This document shows positions 17,101-26,790 of a DNA stretch of 64,000 bases, one piece after another (the first letter of the stretch is position 1; the number at the start of each line of letters is the position of its first letter). Origin of the DNA: Patescibacteria group bacterium. Lineage in GTDB: Bacteria > Patescibacteriota > Patescibacteriia > SBBC01 > CAIJZX01. The stretch covers positions 32,106 to 96,105 of the forward strand of contig JBBTRH010000013.1 in NCBI GenBank assembly GCA_038065275.1, written 5' to 3'. The notes below the pieces were generated by a model, which saw only the letters and a list, made by a program, of their open reading frames with translations, was not told the DNA's origin and searched no databases. The translations under genes and the position numbers were made by a program.

Positions 17101-19899
17101 TTACCGTTTTAAAATCTCCCCCAAGCGCTTAATGGCTTCGCCGTAAGCCGCCCAATCCCCGTCACGTTGAGCCTGGAGCGCTTCCTCATAGACTTCGTTC
17201 GCCCGTTTTAACTCTTGAGCATCCGGGGAAGATCCGGACGGCGTGACGGCCGCCGGCTTAGTCGGATCAGCTGGCTTGGCTGAAGCACCGAACAGTTTCG
17301 ACAGACCCAGTTCCAATGTAGCCTCCATGGCGATTCTGTTTTCGTAGGCCACGATCACCCGTTTCAACTCGGGGATTTTTCCGGCATCGGCTTTCAGGTA
17401 GAGCGGTCGGACATACAGCAGGGATTCCTCGATCGGAATGACTAGCAATGGTCCCTGTATGACCTGCGACCCGCCTTGATCCCAGAGCGAAATCTGTTGG
17501 CTGATGGCCGGATCCTGGTTGATGCGGCCGATCACCTGCTTCGGTCCGAACACCAACTTGTCTTTCGGAAAACGGTAGATGACTACCTGGCCGTAGTTCT
17601 GCCCATCACTGCGGGCGACCATCCAGGCGGACAGGTTGTCTTTGCCCCGTGGCGTGAACGGCAACATCAAGATGAATTCTTCCTGCTTCTCGCCCGGTAG
17701 CTTCATGATGATGTGCCGCGGCGACATGCCGGACGCGGAGTTGGCCGACGCTCCTTCGCCTTCCGACGGAATCGCCGGAATCTCCCACTGGTCCTCTTTG
17801 TTGTAGAACACCTGCGGATCGTCCATGTGGTAGATCGAGTACATCGCCGTCTGCAAGGAAAAAATGTCCTCCGGATAGCGCAGGTGCGCCGCCAAGCTCG
17901 GCGGAATTTCGGACAGCGGTCGGAAGACGTTGGGGAAAATCTTGGCGAAGGTGTTGATGACCGGATCCGCCGCGTCGGCCTGGTAGAGGGTGACGCGACC
18001 GTCATACGCGTCAACCACCACCTTGACGGAGTTCCGGACGTAGTTGACGCTCCGGCCGTTCAACAGCGACGGCTGGGCGTACGGGTAGCGGTTGCTGGTC
18101 GTATAGGCGTCGGCGATCCAGTACACCTTGCCGTCGGCGATGACGATGTACGGATCGCGGTCAAAGGTCAGGAACGGCGCGATTTTCGCCACCCGTTCCC
18201 GAATCTGGCGGTAGTAAAGAATGCGGCTGGCGCTGTTCACGTCATTGGACAGGAGCAGTTTCAGCGATTGCCAACGTAGCGCGAACAGCGCCCGCTTGAG
18301 GAAGGAGTCGATCTTGACGCCGCCTTGGCCGGCGTAGGTCGCATACACGTTTTCCTCGCCCTTGGGATAATCAAACTCACGCGATTTCGTGTTGGTGATG
18401 ACGTAGTCGTTCGCCAACGCGCCGTAGTAAATCTCCGGACGCGTCACCTCCAGCTCCTTAACGTCGGACTTGGGGGGTATATCCTTGACGAACAAGACGG
18501 GCAGGCCTTCCGGCGTGACCTGATTGACCGGACCGGCCGCGACGCCGTACCCATGCGTGAAGGTCAGTCGTTCGTTGATCCAGTTCTTGTTCGGCAGACT
18601 GTCCGCCGCCAACTCGCGCGGCGATAACATGATTTGACGGATTTTCCCGTCCACCATGTAGCGGTCGTTATCGACTTCGGTGAACTCGTAGTAGGTGCGA
18701 ATTTCCTGAATCTGCGAGAAGGTCGAGAGTAGCGGCTGGCGATCCCACAGGCGGACATTCTTAACCGTCAGATCGTTGGCCGCGATATCGGCCGCGGTGA
18801 TCGGTTTGTCCCCCGAGATATCCCGCTCCTCGATTTTATCCAGGGCGTAGGCCTGACGCGTGGCGGCGATATTCCGCTTGATGTAGGGAGTTTCCTTGAC
18901 CAGCTCGTTCGGGTCGACCATCAGTTTTTGGACCGCCAGCGGAATCAGTCCGGACGCGATACCGACGATTAGATACAGCCCGATGGCCGTCATCAACGGC
19001 AACGCCTTCCCCCGCACCGCCCAGATCGCCGCCGCGACCGCCGCCAGGGCGGCCGTCGCGACCGATGCCCACATCATCGGGATGCGAACCGTAACGTCCG
19101 TGAACCCGGCCCCAGCCACTAGACCGGCTTGGTTCGTAAGCAACCGAAAGAGCGACAGATACGCTCCGGCCGCGACCGTAGCCATGAACAACGCCAGCAA
19201 GATGCCGAGATGAGTTTTCACCCGCCCGGTCAGTTTCAACTGCTTGAGCGCCCGCAGTCCCGGTCTATTGGCGGAGCCAGATCCGGCCTGTCCCGTACCT
19301 TCTTGGTGCGGGGCTACGCCGGAAAAATTCAGACTGCCCCGCAAGACATAGACCAAGATACAACCGATCATAGTCAGCGCAATCAGCGTCTTGATCAAAC
19401 TCAGTCCGGCTTGCCAGACGGGTAACGTGAATATATAGAAACCGATGTCCTGATTGAAGGCCGGATCGGCGGTACCGAAACTCGTCCGCGCCAGGAAGCT
19501 CAGCACCGCCTGCCAGTTGGCCGCCGCCACCAGTCCGAAGACAAGCGCGATCGCGACGCTGATGACCGCCATGAACTTTCTGACCACCCGCTGGTCAACG
19601 CTCGCCGGCTTGCCGAATAACGACGCCGGCAGGGTCAGCATCCACGGCGTAGTTGAGCGCATCGCCACCGAGAAATTGGCGAGCAACCAGGCTGTCACCA
19701 CGACCGTGGTCCCCGCCACCAGCAGTATTTTTGCGACCAGGGAGGTGACGAAAATTTGCGTGTAGCCGACTTCGGAGAACCACCACCAGTCGGTCACGAT
19801 GGAAGCCGCGTTCGAAAAAACTATCAGTATCACAAACGCGACAAGAATAAGCCTACGAATGGGGTATTTTTTTCTGGTTGTAGACACTACAGGGGGCAT
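17101..19899 (-). CDS. UPF0182 family membrane protein
   Basis: DWWWFSEVGY, NVRLWD, FTHGYG, NYVRNSVKVVVDAYDG, HLRYPEDIF, LYVRPLYL, PELKRVIV. Confidence 0.93.
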   Translation of the reverse strand: MPPVVSTTRKKYPIRRLILVAFVILIVFSNAASIVTDWWWFSEVGYTQIFVTSLVAKILLVAGTTVVVTAWLLANFSVAMRSTTPWMLTLPASLFGKPASVDQRVVRKFMAVISVAIALVFGLVAAANWQAVLSFLARTSFGTADPAFNQDIGFYIFTLPVWQAGLSLIKTLIALTMIGCILVYVLRGSLNFSGVAPHQEGTGQAGSGSANRPGLRALKQLKLTGRVKTHLGILLALFMATVAAGAYLSLFRLLTNQAGLVAGAGFTDVTVRIPMMWASVATAALAAVAAAIWAVRGKALPLMTAIGLYLIVGIASGLIPLAVQKLMVDPNELVKETPYIKRNIAATRQAYALDKIEERDISGDKPITAADIAANDLTVKNVRLWDRQPLLSTFSQIQEIRTYYEFTEVDNDRYMVDGKIRQIMLSPRELAADSLPNKNWINERLTFTHGYGVAAGPVNQVTPEGLPVLFVKDIPPKSDVKELEVTRPEIYYGALANDYVITNTKSREFDYPKGEENVYATYAGQGGVKIDSFLKRALFALRWQSLKLLLSNDVNSASRILYYRQIRERVAKIAPFLTFDRDPYIVIADGKVYWIADAYTTSNRYPYAQPSLLNGRSVNYVRNSVKVVVDAYDGRVTLYQADAADPVINTFAKIFPNVFRPLSEIPPSLAAHLRYPEDIFSLQTAMYSIYHMDDPQVFYNKEDQWEIPAIPSEGEGASANSASGMSPRHIIMKLPGEKQEEFILMLPFTPRGKDNLSAWMVARSDGQNYGQVVIYRFPKDKLVFGPKQVIGRINQDPAISQQISLWDQGGSQVIQGPLLVIPIEESLLYVRPLYLKADAGKIPELKRVIVAYENRIAMEATLELGLSKLFGASAKPADPTKPAAVTPSGSSPDAQELKRANEVYEEALQAQRDGDWAAYGEAIKRLGEILKR

Positions 19900-20059
19900 A
19901 CTGCTGGCCACCGTTACATCCAGGCGGAATGTGAGCCGATGCGATGAGGGTGGCGTCCCGATGATACCAACAATCAGACCGGCAGGCAAGCTCGGGATGC
20001 TCAGGGGTTTAGATTCGAGTCCCGAGCCTTACCCGCCGGCCAAACGGGCTAACGCGAAC

Positions 20060-20707
20060 CTATGTTTTTAACTTGAAGCTCCTGGCCACTTCGTAGAACT
20101 TATCTTTGTACCCGACCCACTTCTCAGTAGTGGTATTAAACGACACAACGTAGTACTTTCCGTCCGCCAAATAGACGGCCATCAAAACCGTGTACGCTAC
20201 GTCCTGCTGGCTCAACTCCATGGCCGCGAACTTGGCCGGCAGTCCGTTGACAGTTTCATTGCTGGCGGCGAAGGTTTTAGCCGAGGGAATTGACGAGGTG
20301 ATGCCGTTGACCGTCGTCTGGTAGACCTGGTCGAGCGTCTTGCCGTTCGCATTGTCGAACGATACCGCGATGTAGGATTTGAAATTGATCTTGGCGGCGG
20401 CGCTACCGGCGGCGTGTGATTCTTTCAAATTTTGGAACGAGGCCAACGTGCCGGGTATCTGGCCCTGGACCCACCCGGCTGGCTGGATGACGGAAAAATC
20501 ATCGCTGACGTACAGGCTGTCGGCCGCAGTATCGGCGTTGACGTTAGCATTCACCGTAGCATTCGTCACGTTAGCGTCGTTGACCGTCTTCGTGTCAGTA
20601 GAATTTCGGGTGAACCAATAAATCCCGAATCCGGCGATGACCGCCATCACGACAACAACGACCGTCAGTATGGCGACGTTGGGTTTTTTCACTGCTGGCT
20701 GGTCCAT
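20060..20707 (-). CDS. Membrane-anchored PsbP/DcrB-like protein
   Basis: N-terminal TM, Asn/Thr linker, FSVIQPAGW, ETVNGLPA, terminal SFKL. Confidence 0.65.
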   Translation of the reverse strand: MDQPAVKKPNVAILTVVVVVMAVIAGFGIYWFTRNSTDTKTVNDANVTNATVNANVNADTAADSLYVSDDFSVIQPAGWVQGQIPGTLASFQNLKESHAAGSAAAKINFKSYIAVSFDNANGKTLDQVYQTTVNGITSSIPSAKTFAASNETVNGLPAKFAAMELSQQDVAYTVLMAVYLADGKYYVVSFNTTTEKWVGYKDKFYEVARSFKLKT

Positions 20708-20727
20708 GTGTTTTTCTTAATCTTGGT

Positions 20728-21054
20728 CTACCATTTGTGTGACTTGTAGGAGGGTGCGCCGTACGAAGGTGTCTTGTAACTCGGCAGCTTGTAGGTCGGC
20801 GCCGAATACTTTGGTACGGCGTACTTGTACGGATTCACGGTACCAATGTTGCCGGTGTATGGGTTATAATTACCCCTCGTTGAGTAGTTATCGAATTTCG
20901 TACTGTTTGGAATGGTCCGGTAGTAGCCTTGGACATAGGCTCCATTGCTTTTTGTGTATCCTTTGACATAAGAGGGTGCCGCCTGAGCAAAAAACGGGGT
21001 TGACAAGCCAAAAAGCACGACCGTTGTGAGAAGAGGAAAAAATAACTTTTTCAT
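20728..21054 (-). CDS. Secreted hypothetical protein
   Basis: Signal peptide; YVKGYTKSNGAYVQGYYRT..DNYSTRGNYNPYTG motif. Confidence 0.8.
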   Translation of the reverse strand: MKKLFFPLLTTVVLFGLSTPFFAQAAPSYVKGYTKSNGAYVQGYYRTIPNSTKFDNYSTRGNYNPYTGNIGTVNPYKYAVPKYSAPTYKLPSYKTPSYGAPSYKSHKW

Positions 21055-21141
21055 AGGCCACCAATCAGTTGTCCATGGTTTAGACTACTCTTGATTCGCT
21101 AAAAAAGCAAACGAGGCCCACCGCTCCGGAGGTCGCCCCGC

Positions 21142-21519
21142 ACCACCCGTCGCTACGTCTACTACAACTGCACGCAAGCTCGCGCCATTGATTGCGGAGA
21201 ACCGTACATCCGCGAAGAAGAACTAGTGGCGGAACTACTCAGAACGGTAGACAAGTTGCCGCTCAACCAGATCACCGCTCGGGAAAAATTACAACAGGAG
21301 ATGGAGCGGTTCCGGCGGTTTACCGAGAGCGTCCTGGGCGACCAACTGGCGAAGACCAAGATCGGCCATATCGATCTACGGAGCTTTGCTAAATACATTC
21401 TCCAAGAGGGATCACGGGAAGAAAAGCGTGAACTGCTGTCCTGCCTGAAAACCAAACTGTTTCTCAAGGACCGCCACATTCTGACCGAGCTCCCGAAGGC
21501 CGAAAAAACCTTGCAATAA
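21142..21519 (+). pseudogene. C-terminal relic of a large serine recombinase
   Basis: Frame reads TTRRYVYYNCTQARAIDCGEPYIREEELV, a zinc-ribbon half, then a helical tail; catalytic N-terminus absent. Confidence 0.7.
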
Positions 21520-21602
21520 TCACTAATTTACACTAAACTATGACTTAGTTCGACGCTTTTTCTAACGCATCTCTAGCTCGAACGTTCTTTCTCCACACTA
21601 AT

Positions 21603-21770
21603 TGCCTAAACCGTTCTTCGGAACGGCATGGCATCACAATAACCCTGCAAGGTATAGAGCTCCTAGTCAGAGCATCCTTGCAGGGTCATGCGCCGAAAGG
21701 TGTATGGGTGGTCGTAAGGCCATCGCTGGCTAGGGGCTTTGTGTATATACGCACGATACACAAAAACCCT
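21603..21770 (+). ncRNA. Candidate structured RNA (tetraloop hairpins plus pseudoknot)
   Basis: UUCG, GAAA and GUAA capped stems, an 11-bp stem, and a 13-bp loop-to-3' pairing with G-U wobbles that favour the + strand. Confidence 0.6.
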
Positions 21771-21802
21771 TCCATGATCACCTATCAGAAAGGGAATTCT
21801 CT

Positions 21803-22132
21803 ATGGCTCTTATAAAATGTCCTGAATGCGGTACTGAAGTTTCAGACAAGGCGCTCCAGTGCCCGAAGTGCTCCTATCCGATCTCTACCGCACCATCTCA
21901 ACAGACTCCGGAAGATATCCAGACCATCCAGCAAACAAGCAAGCGATTAAAGAAACAAATCATCATTGCCATTGTGCTTATTATTGGCGGCATTATTTTA
22001 ATATCAACTGGCGCAAACGCAGATAAGGAAGCAACCAGGGCGCTACTGTTCACATTCGGCACACTAGCCGCCCTGCTCGGAGCCATCTGGTATATCATCG
22101 TCCGTATCAGGATTTGGTGGAATCACCGGTAA
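21803..22132 (+). CDS. Zinc-ribbon domain membrane protein
   Basis: MALIKCPECG..CPKC plus two TM helices; SD-like gaaaggga. Confidence 0.88.
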   Translation: MALIKCPECGTEVSDKALQCPKCSYPISTAPSQQTPEDIQTIQQTSKRLKKQIIIAIVLIIGGIILISTGANADKEATRALLFTFGTLAALLGAIWYIIVRIRIWWNHR

Positions 22133-22163
22133 TAAATATATCAACGGTAATTCACACGCGAAC

Positions 22164-22778
22164 GTGAATCCCCAAGGAAAGGCGCAACAATGGCTTGAAC
22201 CGGTACTGGACCAGGCGGCCAGAGTTTTGGTAAAGAACATCCTAAATGATCCAAAGCATCCGCGGTACATCACAGAGCGAGAAGCTGAATTGATCCATCG
22301 AGGCGTCGAGCAAGGAATCATCCAGATCGAGGGGAACATCTTCCGCCTGCCAACCACCAACAAAGGACGATATGACGCATTCACTCTGAACCGTGAGTAC
22401 TTCGTGCAGTTTGCGACCCTCGTTGACCTTATCACCGAACACGGCTACCCAGCTTCTGATTGCCGGTTTGAATACCACTTGATGGATATCTGCGTCTTTA
22501 AAGGTGGCCAGCCCTACATTTACATTGAAACGAAGGTCGGCGACCAGTCTTCGAAGAAGCTGATCGAGGAAATGACCAATACCTACGCGAGCCAGCTGGT
22601 GTCGTTCTTGGACAAACCGGATCGTGGGATCGATGCTTTGCGCAAAGCCAAGTACATATTTCGTGATCGTCCAAAATACTTCGGGGTGATCAACCCCAGC
22701 ATGAGATACTTCTACGAAGTGCATTATACCGAGACTGGTTTTTCCTTAGAAACCATTTCCGATCTTCCGAAAAACTAA
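22164..22778 (+). CDS. PD-(D/E)xK nuclease-like protein (HsdR N-terminal-like)
   Basis: GYP...EY..MDICV...IYIETK motif. Confidence 0.6.
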   Translation: MNPQGKAQQWLEPVLDQAARVLVKNILNDPKHPRYITEREAELIHRGVEQGIIQIEGNIFRLPTTNKGRYDAFTLNREYFVQFATLVDLITEHGYPASDCRFEYHLMDICVFKGGQPYIYIETKVGDQSSKKLIEEMTNTYASQLVSFLDKPDRGIDALRKAKYIFRDRPKYFGVINPSMRYFYEVHYTETGFSLETISDLPKN

Positions 22779-22824
22779 CGGGGCAATAACTGAGGAAGAT
22801 ATCGTCTTCGTCTGGGCATATTCT

Positions 22825-23583
22825 TTATTTATTCTCCACGTTGTTCACCGCATCTCGATAGGCGCAATAATCACAATCCTCTCCAGCTGGCGGGATGGCT
22901 TTGCTATTTAAACAGGCATGGGCGTCAATAATGGCTTGCTCGACCCACGAATCATCGCCTTCGTAGGGTATGACCTTAATATCGAATTCCAGTTTCCCAT
23001 CGAATGCTTCGGCATCGCTATTACCATTGCAGTAAACGAAATATCCCGTATTAGAAACCTTGAACCCATTACGGCGAAATAGCCACTGGTAGACTTCCAT
23101 CTGCCGCTTGTACCCGATCTGCCAATCGGCATCAAGATTGACCTCGTCCTTCTTTGAGGTAGCCTTATAGTCGACGATGATCAGCTCTCCATTCGGACGA
23201 ACCCACAGGTCGTCTACTCCGCCAGTAATCTTGAAATTGGTATCGGCATGATGATATGTTACGCCCCGTCGTAACGAGTCCCGCCATTCATCGATTTTCT
23301 CATGTGCCAGCGGGATAGCATCGATCTTATACTTCTTTTGTAAAGGATGCTTTGTGCCCTTAGCGCGGTGGATATCAAATTCCCGCTTAAGAAGTTCATC
23401 AACGGCAGAATTGAGCGAAAACGGGTACCCTGGCGGTTGAGCTATCCCAAGTCGTCGATCTAAGTAGAAACATCGTGGACAGTTCAGGAAGAGGTCTATC
23501 TTTGAGCGACTGAGTCGAAACGGTTCGGTACTGGCCGGATCGTAGAGATTCTTGACTCTTTGTGGGGTGTAGTATTTGGACAC
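22825..23583 (-). CDS. PD-(D/E)xK nuclease superfamily protein (RecB/Cas4-like)
   Basis: LSRSKI..CPRCF, GGVDDLW, IVDYKAT, QMEVYQW, C-terminal CDYC. Confidence 0.85.
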   Translation of the reverse strand: MSKYYTPQRVKNLYDPASTEPFRLSRSKIDLFLNCPRCFYLDRRLGIAQPPGYPFSLNSAVDELLKREFDIHRAKGTKHPLQKKYKIDAIPLAHEKIDEWRDSLRRGVTYHHADTNFKITGGVDDLWVRPNGELIIVDYKATSKKDEVNLDADWQIGYKRQMEVYQWLFRRNGFKVSNTGYFVYCNGNSDAEAFDGKLEFDIKVIPYEGDDSWVEQAIIDAHACLNSKAIPPAGEDCDYCAYRDAVNNVENK

Positions 23584-23662
23584 GTTCGTTAGATTTGCAT
23601 TATCGTTTCTGGTTCCATCGGTTATCTAAATTTCGCCTTCGAAGATGAGGATTTTGGGCATG

Positions 23663-23968
23663 TTATCGTTGCCACCACCGAATAAACTTTCCGATAAGCC
23701 AAACGAAGCCACCAAACACAGACAAACTAAAGCCCTCCGCATAACGCGCACTTTGAAAGCTTAGGTTTGTTTTGTCGGATCCCATAAAATACAATCCCGA
23801 GAAAGCAATTAATGCACCAATAATCATTACAATTTTCCCAAATTTGCTACTCGAAGTTGAAACAGAAGTCCGACCACGAAAGAATAAACTGATAATAAAA
23901 AATATCCCGCTAATAACTAGGCCTTGGAAAAAACTTTTATCAAAGAAATCCATACTATTCGCTTTCAA
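23663..23968 (-). CDS. Small membrane protein (3 TM)
   Basis: Three hydrophobic segments; overlaps the end of hsdS. Confidence 0.6.
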   Translation of the reverse strand: MKANSMDFFDKSFFQGLVISGIFFIISLFFRGRTSVSTSSSKFGKIVMIIGALIAFSGLYFMGSDKTNLSFQSARYAEGFSLSVFGGFVWLIGKFIRWWQR

Positions 23969-25031
23969 ACTCCTCTCTCAAAATTCCCCGCTTCAACGCC
24001 GTAAAATCCGCCGCCTGCTTCGCCTGCAATTCCTGAAGTGCGCGGGATTTTTCGGAAAGCGCATCAAGCTTTTCAACAATCATTTTTTGTTCTACAAGGG
24101 AAGGAAGCGGAATATCCAATTTTGAATATTGTGAAATCCAATAACGTTTATGTGAAGAGTGATCTAGGTTAATAGTTTGCATCAAGTAAAACAAATACCT
24201 TGTATCTGCAACCTCCCTCTTGGCATGTAATATTTTCATTGCTGACGATTTTACCTTGAATGGAAAATCTACGTATTGGATTGCTGTAGTAAAGTCATCA
24301 AATATTATTACCGGCAGCTTTTCTTTTGGAAAGATATTTTCTGTTTCATTTGTGTTTCCTAAAATAAAAGTTTTGCCCGCGGTCAACACCGGCGTTTTAA
24401 ACGAATCAATGTAATTTTTGGAACGGACTATGTATTTGCCTGGTTGTTCATAATCTAAGGCATCCTCCAGTTTTATTTTCTGCCACCCCTTCTCTTCTCC
24501 CTCCTCAAACACCCCATGCAATGCCGCGGGCAACAGTTGCGCGGCAAGTCTCGCCGACTCCGCACGAAGTCGGGATGTTTCGTCAATTTTTGCAAATTGC
24601 TGTTCTATTTTCGCGACGATCTTCTTTTGTTCGACGAGGGGTGGGACTTTGACTTCCAAATTTGAATATTCTGAAATCCAGTAACGTTTATGGGTTGCAT
24701 GATTAACATGCAACGTCTGCAATAACAAATAGAAGTATTTAGGATCCGCAATGCCCTCTTTCGGGTGTAGAATCTTCATTGCCGAAGATTTTACCTTGAA
24801 TTGAAAGGTGACAAATTTAGTCGCGGTGGTGAAATCATCAAAGATAATTACTGGCAGCCTCTCGGAGGGAAATATATTGTCCTTTTCGGCAGTATTCCCT
24901 AAAACAAAAGTTTTTCCAGCCGTTAGCACAGGAGTTTGATAATCCTTATTGTAGTGCTTAGTTTTTACGATATACTTTGTAGGCTGCTCGTAATCTAGCA
25001 CTTCACCGAGTTTTTTTGTGGGGTAGGTCAT
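23955..25031 (-). CDS. hsdS: Type I RM specificity subunit
   Basis: Two TRDs, each followed by P(P/S)LVEQKxIV helices. Confidence 0.92.
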   Translation of the reverse strand: MTYPTKKLGEVLDYEQPTKYIVKTKHYNKDYQTPVLTAGKTFVLGNTAEKDNIFPSERLPVIIFDDFTTATKFVTFQFKVKSSAMKILHPKEGIADPKYFYLLLQTLHVNHATHKRYWISEYSNLEVKVPPLVEQKKIVAKIEQQFAKIDETSRLRAESARLAAQLLPAALHGVFEEGEEKGWQKIKLEDALDYEQPGKYIVRSKNYIDSFKTPVLTAGKTFILGNTNETENIFPKEKLPVIIFDDFTTAIQYVDFPFKVKSSAMKILHAKREVADTRYLFYLMQTINLDHSSHKRYWISQYSKLDIPLPSLVEQKMIVEKLDALSEKSRALQELQAKQAADFTALKRGILREEFESE

Positions 25032-25892
25032 TTATTCGTCGTCTTTTTGGTACTTGATACGATTTTCATTTTTTTTAATTAGGTGTAAACATGCCAACAA
25101 GGTCGCATAGTAAAAGTAAAACATCCAACTAAGCCAAACCGTCTTATCATAATTTGTTTTCTGTTGCTTATTGGCGTGACGAATTCCAAAGTTGTTAGCT
25201 ATATTAAATAGATCGCTTTCATCCTTTGAGTTAAGAACTTTTTCAATTTTTGGTTTTAAGTGCTCAAAACAATCAGCAAGAGCACGGATCGCATCCTCTC
25301 GGTCACTTATTGTTGAGCCATATTTTCTAAATTTGTTTGCCGCATGTTCCATTTTTTCCCTTACCGTTACGTCGCCTGTGGGGACCGGCGATTCAGAAAT
25401 ATTTCGTAAGTGGGATGGTAACAAAGTCAATATTTCACCTTTTGTACTTAGCTCAAAACCGTCTCCATAGTCGTTAAGGAATTGGTTTATCTCTTGAGCA
25501 AATTCAATGGGGCCTAATCCCAAATCATCAAAACGTGTATAGTGCCAACCACAACTATTCCAATTATGGTAAGTGGCGCCTTGTTCAAGGGGTAATGAAA
25601 TATGATCAAAAAAGAATTCGATAATATCGAACAAATCATCTTCGGAATATCCCTTATACTTCTCCGAAAACGGCCAAACATTTGCCCTCCGAAGCCTACG
25701 AAGTACATATCCTTCGATATTTGTTCCGACTTTCCCTGGAATATCCCCGTCTGTACAGTTAGTGCCAAGGAATTCCTGAAAGTACCCTCGCGTTGAAAAG
25801 TCTTGCCAAATACTAAAAACAATTTCTTTCAAAGAATCGAGAGAGATTTTTTGTGAGTGGTCTTTTCTTAAAGAATAGTATTTTCTTGCCAC
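25032..25892 (-). CDS. AbiJ-like putative HEPN protein
   Basis: DLFDIIEFFFD N-domain, INQFL..GFEL, C-terminal IANNFGIRH; GTG start inferred. Confidence 0.6.
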   Translation of the reverse strand: MARKYYSLRKDHSQKISLDSLKEIVFSIWQDFSTRGYFQEFLGTNCTDGDIPGKVGTNIEGYVLRRLRRANVWPFSEKYKGYSEDDLFDIIEFFFDHISLPLEQGATYHNWNSCGWHYTRFDDLGLGPIEFAQEINQFLNDYGDGFELSTKGEILTLLPSHLRNISESPVPTGDVTVREKMEHAANKFRKYGSTISDREDAIRALADCFEHLKPKIEKVLNSKDESDLFNIANNFGIRHANKQQKTNYDKTVWLSWMFYFYYATLLACLHLIKKNENRIKYQKDDE

Positions 25893-25902
25893 AATGGTGA
25901 TG

Positions 25903-26790
25903 CTATGGATTGCAATACTTTTTGTAGAGCTTACGGGTAGTAACCACAGCACTCTCCACTTTGAGACTTTTTAGATAATCTTCGCTTGGAATCTTATAGT
26001 CTTTGTGCACAAACTTATTTGCCTCCACTCTTATTTGTTCGATATCATCGCATACCTGTTCAAGAAGTTCTTTGTCCTCGTGAAAGTCTGTAGATTTTGA
26101 TCGTATATTTGACAGAAGTAATTCGAGTCCACGATAACGGCCTTTGTTTTTATCATACCAAATTTCATGATTACCTTGATTGTACGAGCCATTAACGATC
26201 TTCGGAAATACAATTTCGCAAATTCTAACCACCAACGCCTCTAACAATTTTCGACTAAGTATTATTACTGCGAGCAGCTGTCCATTTAAATAGGACTCAT
26301 TAATCTCTTTGCGAATATAATCAAGAAACAAATCATTAAAATCATATGGAAGGTAGTCCGGCCCAACAAAATCTTCTTCAATTTCTAGAACTGATAATTT
26401 TTTACTTGCATTATCGAAATTAACACCCGTTGCCCGAAGAAGGTTAACTATTAATTGATGCCAGTTTTTAATGTACTCGCCATAATAGTTCCATCCATCG
26501 TTTCGGGTACCGATTATTTTTGAGTCAAAAACAATTTCTTGAAGTATTGGGAGGTATTTGTATGAAGGAACCGTTTGCATGAAGTTAGCAAAATCATAAT
26601 TTGGTTCACTCATGAAGGAGTACAATGGAATACTATATGGCGATCCTCCTGCAGCTAGTTCTGAATACTTTCCACTGTTGTATTCTATCCCGAACTTCTT
26701 GAGAAAAATTTTAAAGTCTTCCGCACTATAGCAGTGTATGTATAATCGCTCAGCGTACACCCAGATCTCTTGGTTGAGTTTAAGACTCAT
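25903..26790 (-). CDS. Hypothetical protein with C-terminal DUF4145/HEPN-like domain
   Basis: AVIILSRKLLE helix and IRVEANKFVH (R-x3-N-x3-H). Confidence 0.6.
   Translation of the reverse strand: MSLKLNQEIWVYAERLYIHCYSAEDFKIFLKKFGIEYNSGKYSELAAGGSPYSIPLYSFMSEPNYDFANFMQTVPSYKYLPILQEIVFDSKIIGTRNDGWNYYGEYIKNWHQLIVNLLRATGVNFDNASKKLSVLEIEEDFVGPDYLPYDFNDLFLDYIRKEINESYLNGQLLAVIILSRKLLEALVVRICEIVFPKIVNGSYNQGNHEIWYDKNKGRYRGLELLLSNIRSKSTDFHEDKELLEQVCDDIEQIRVEANKFVHKDYKIPSEDYLKSLKVESAVVTTRKLYKKYCNP

Noticed and set aside
22825-23583. Cas4 as evidence of CRISPR adaptation
   Set aside because: No cas1/cas2 or array; the motif fits the broad RecB-like PD-(D/E)xK family
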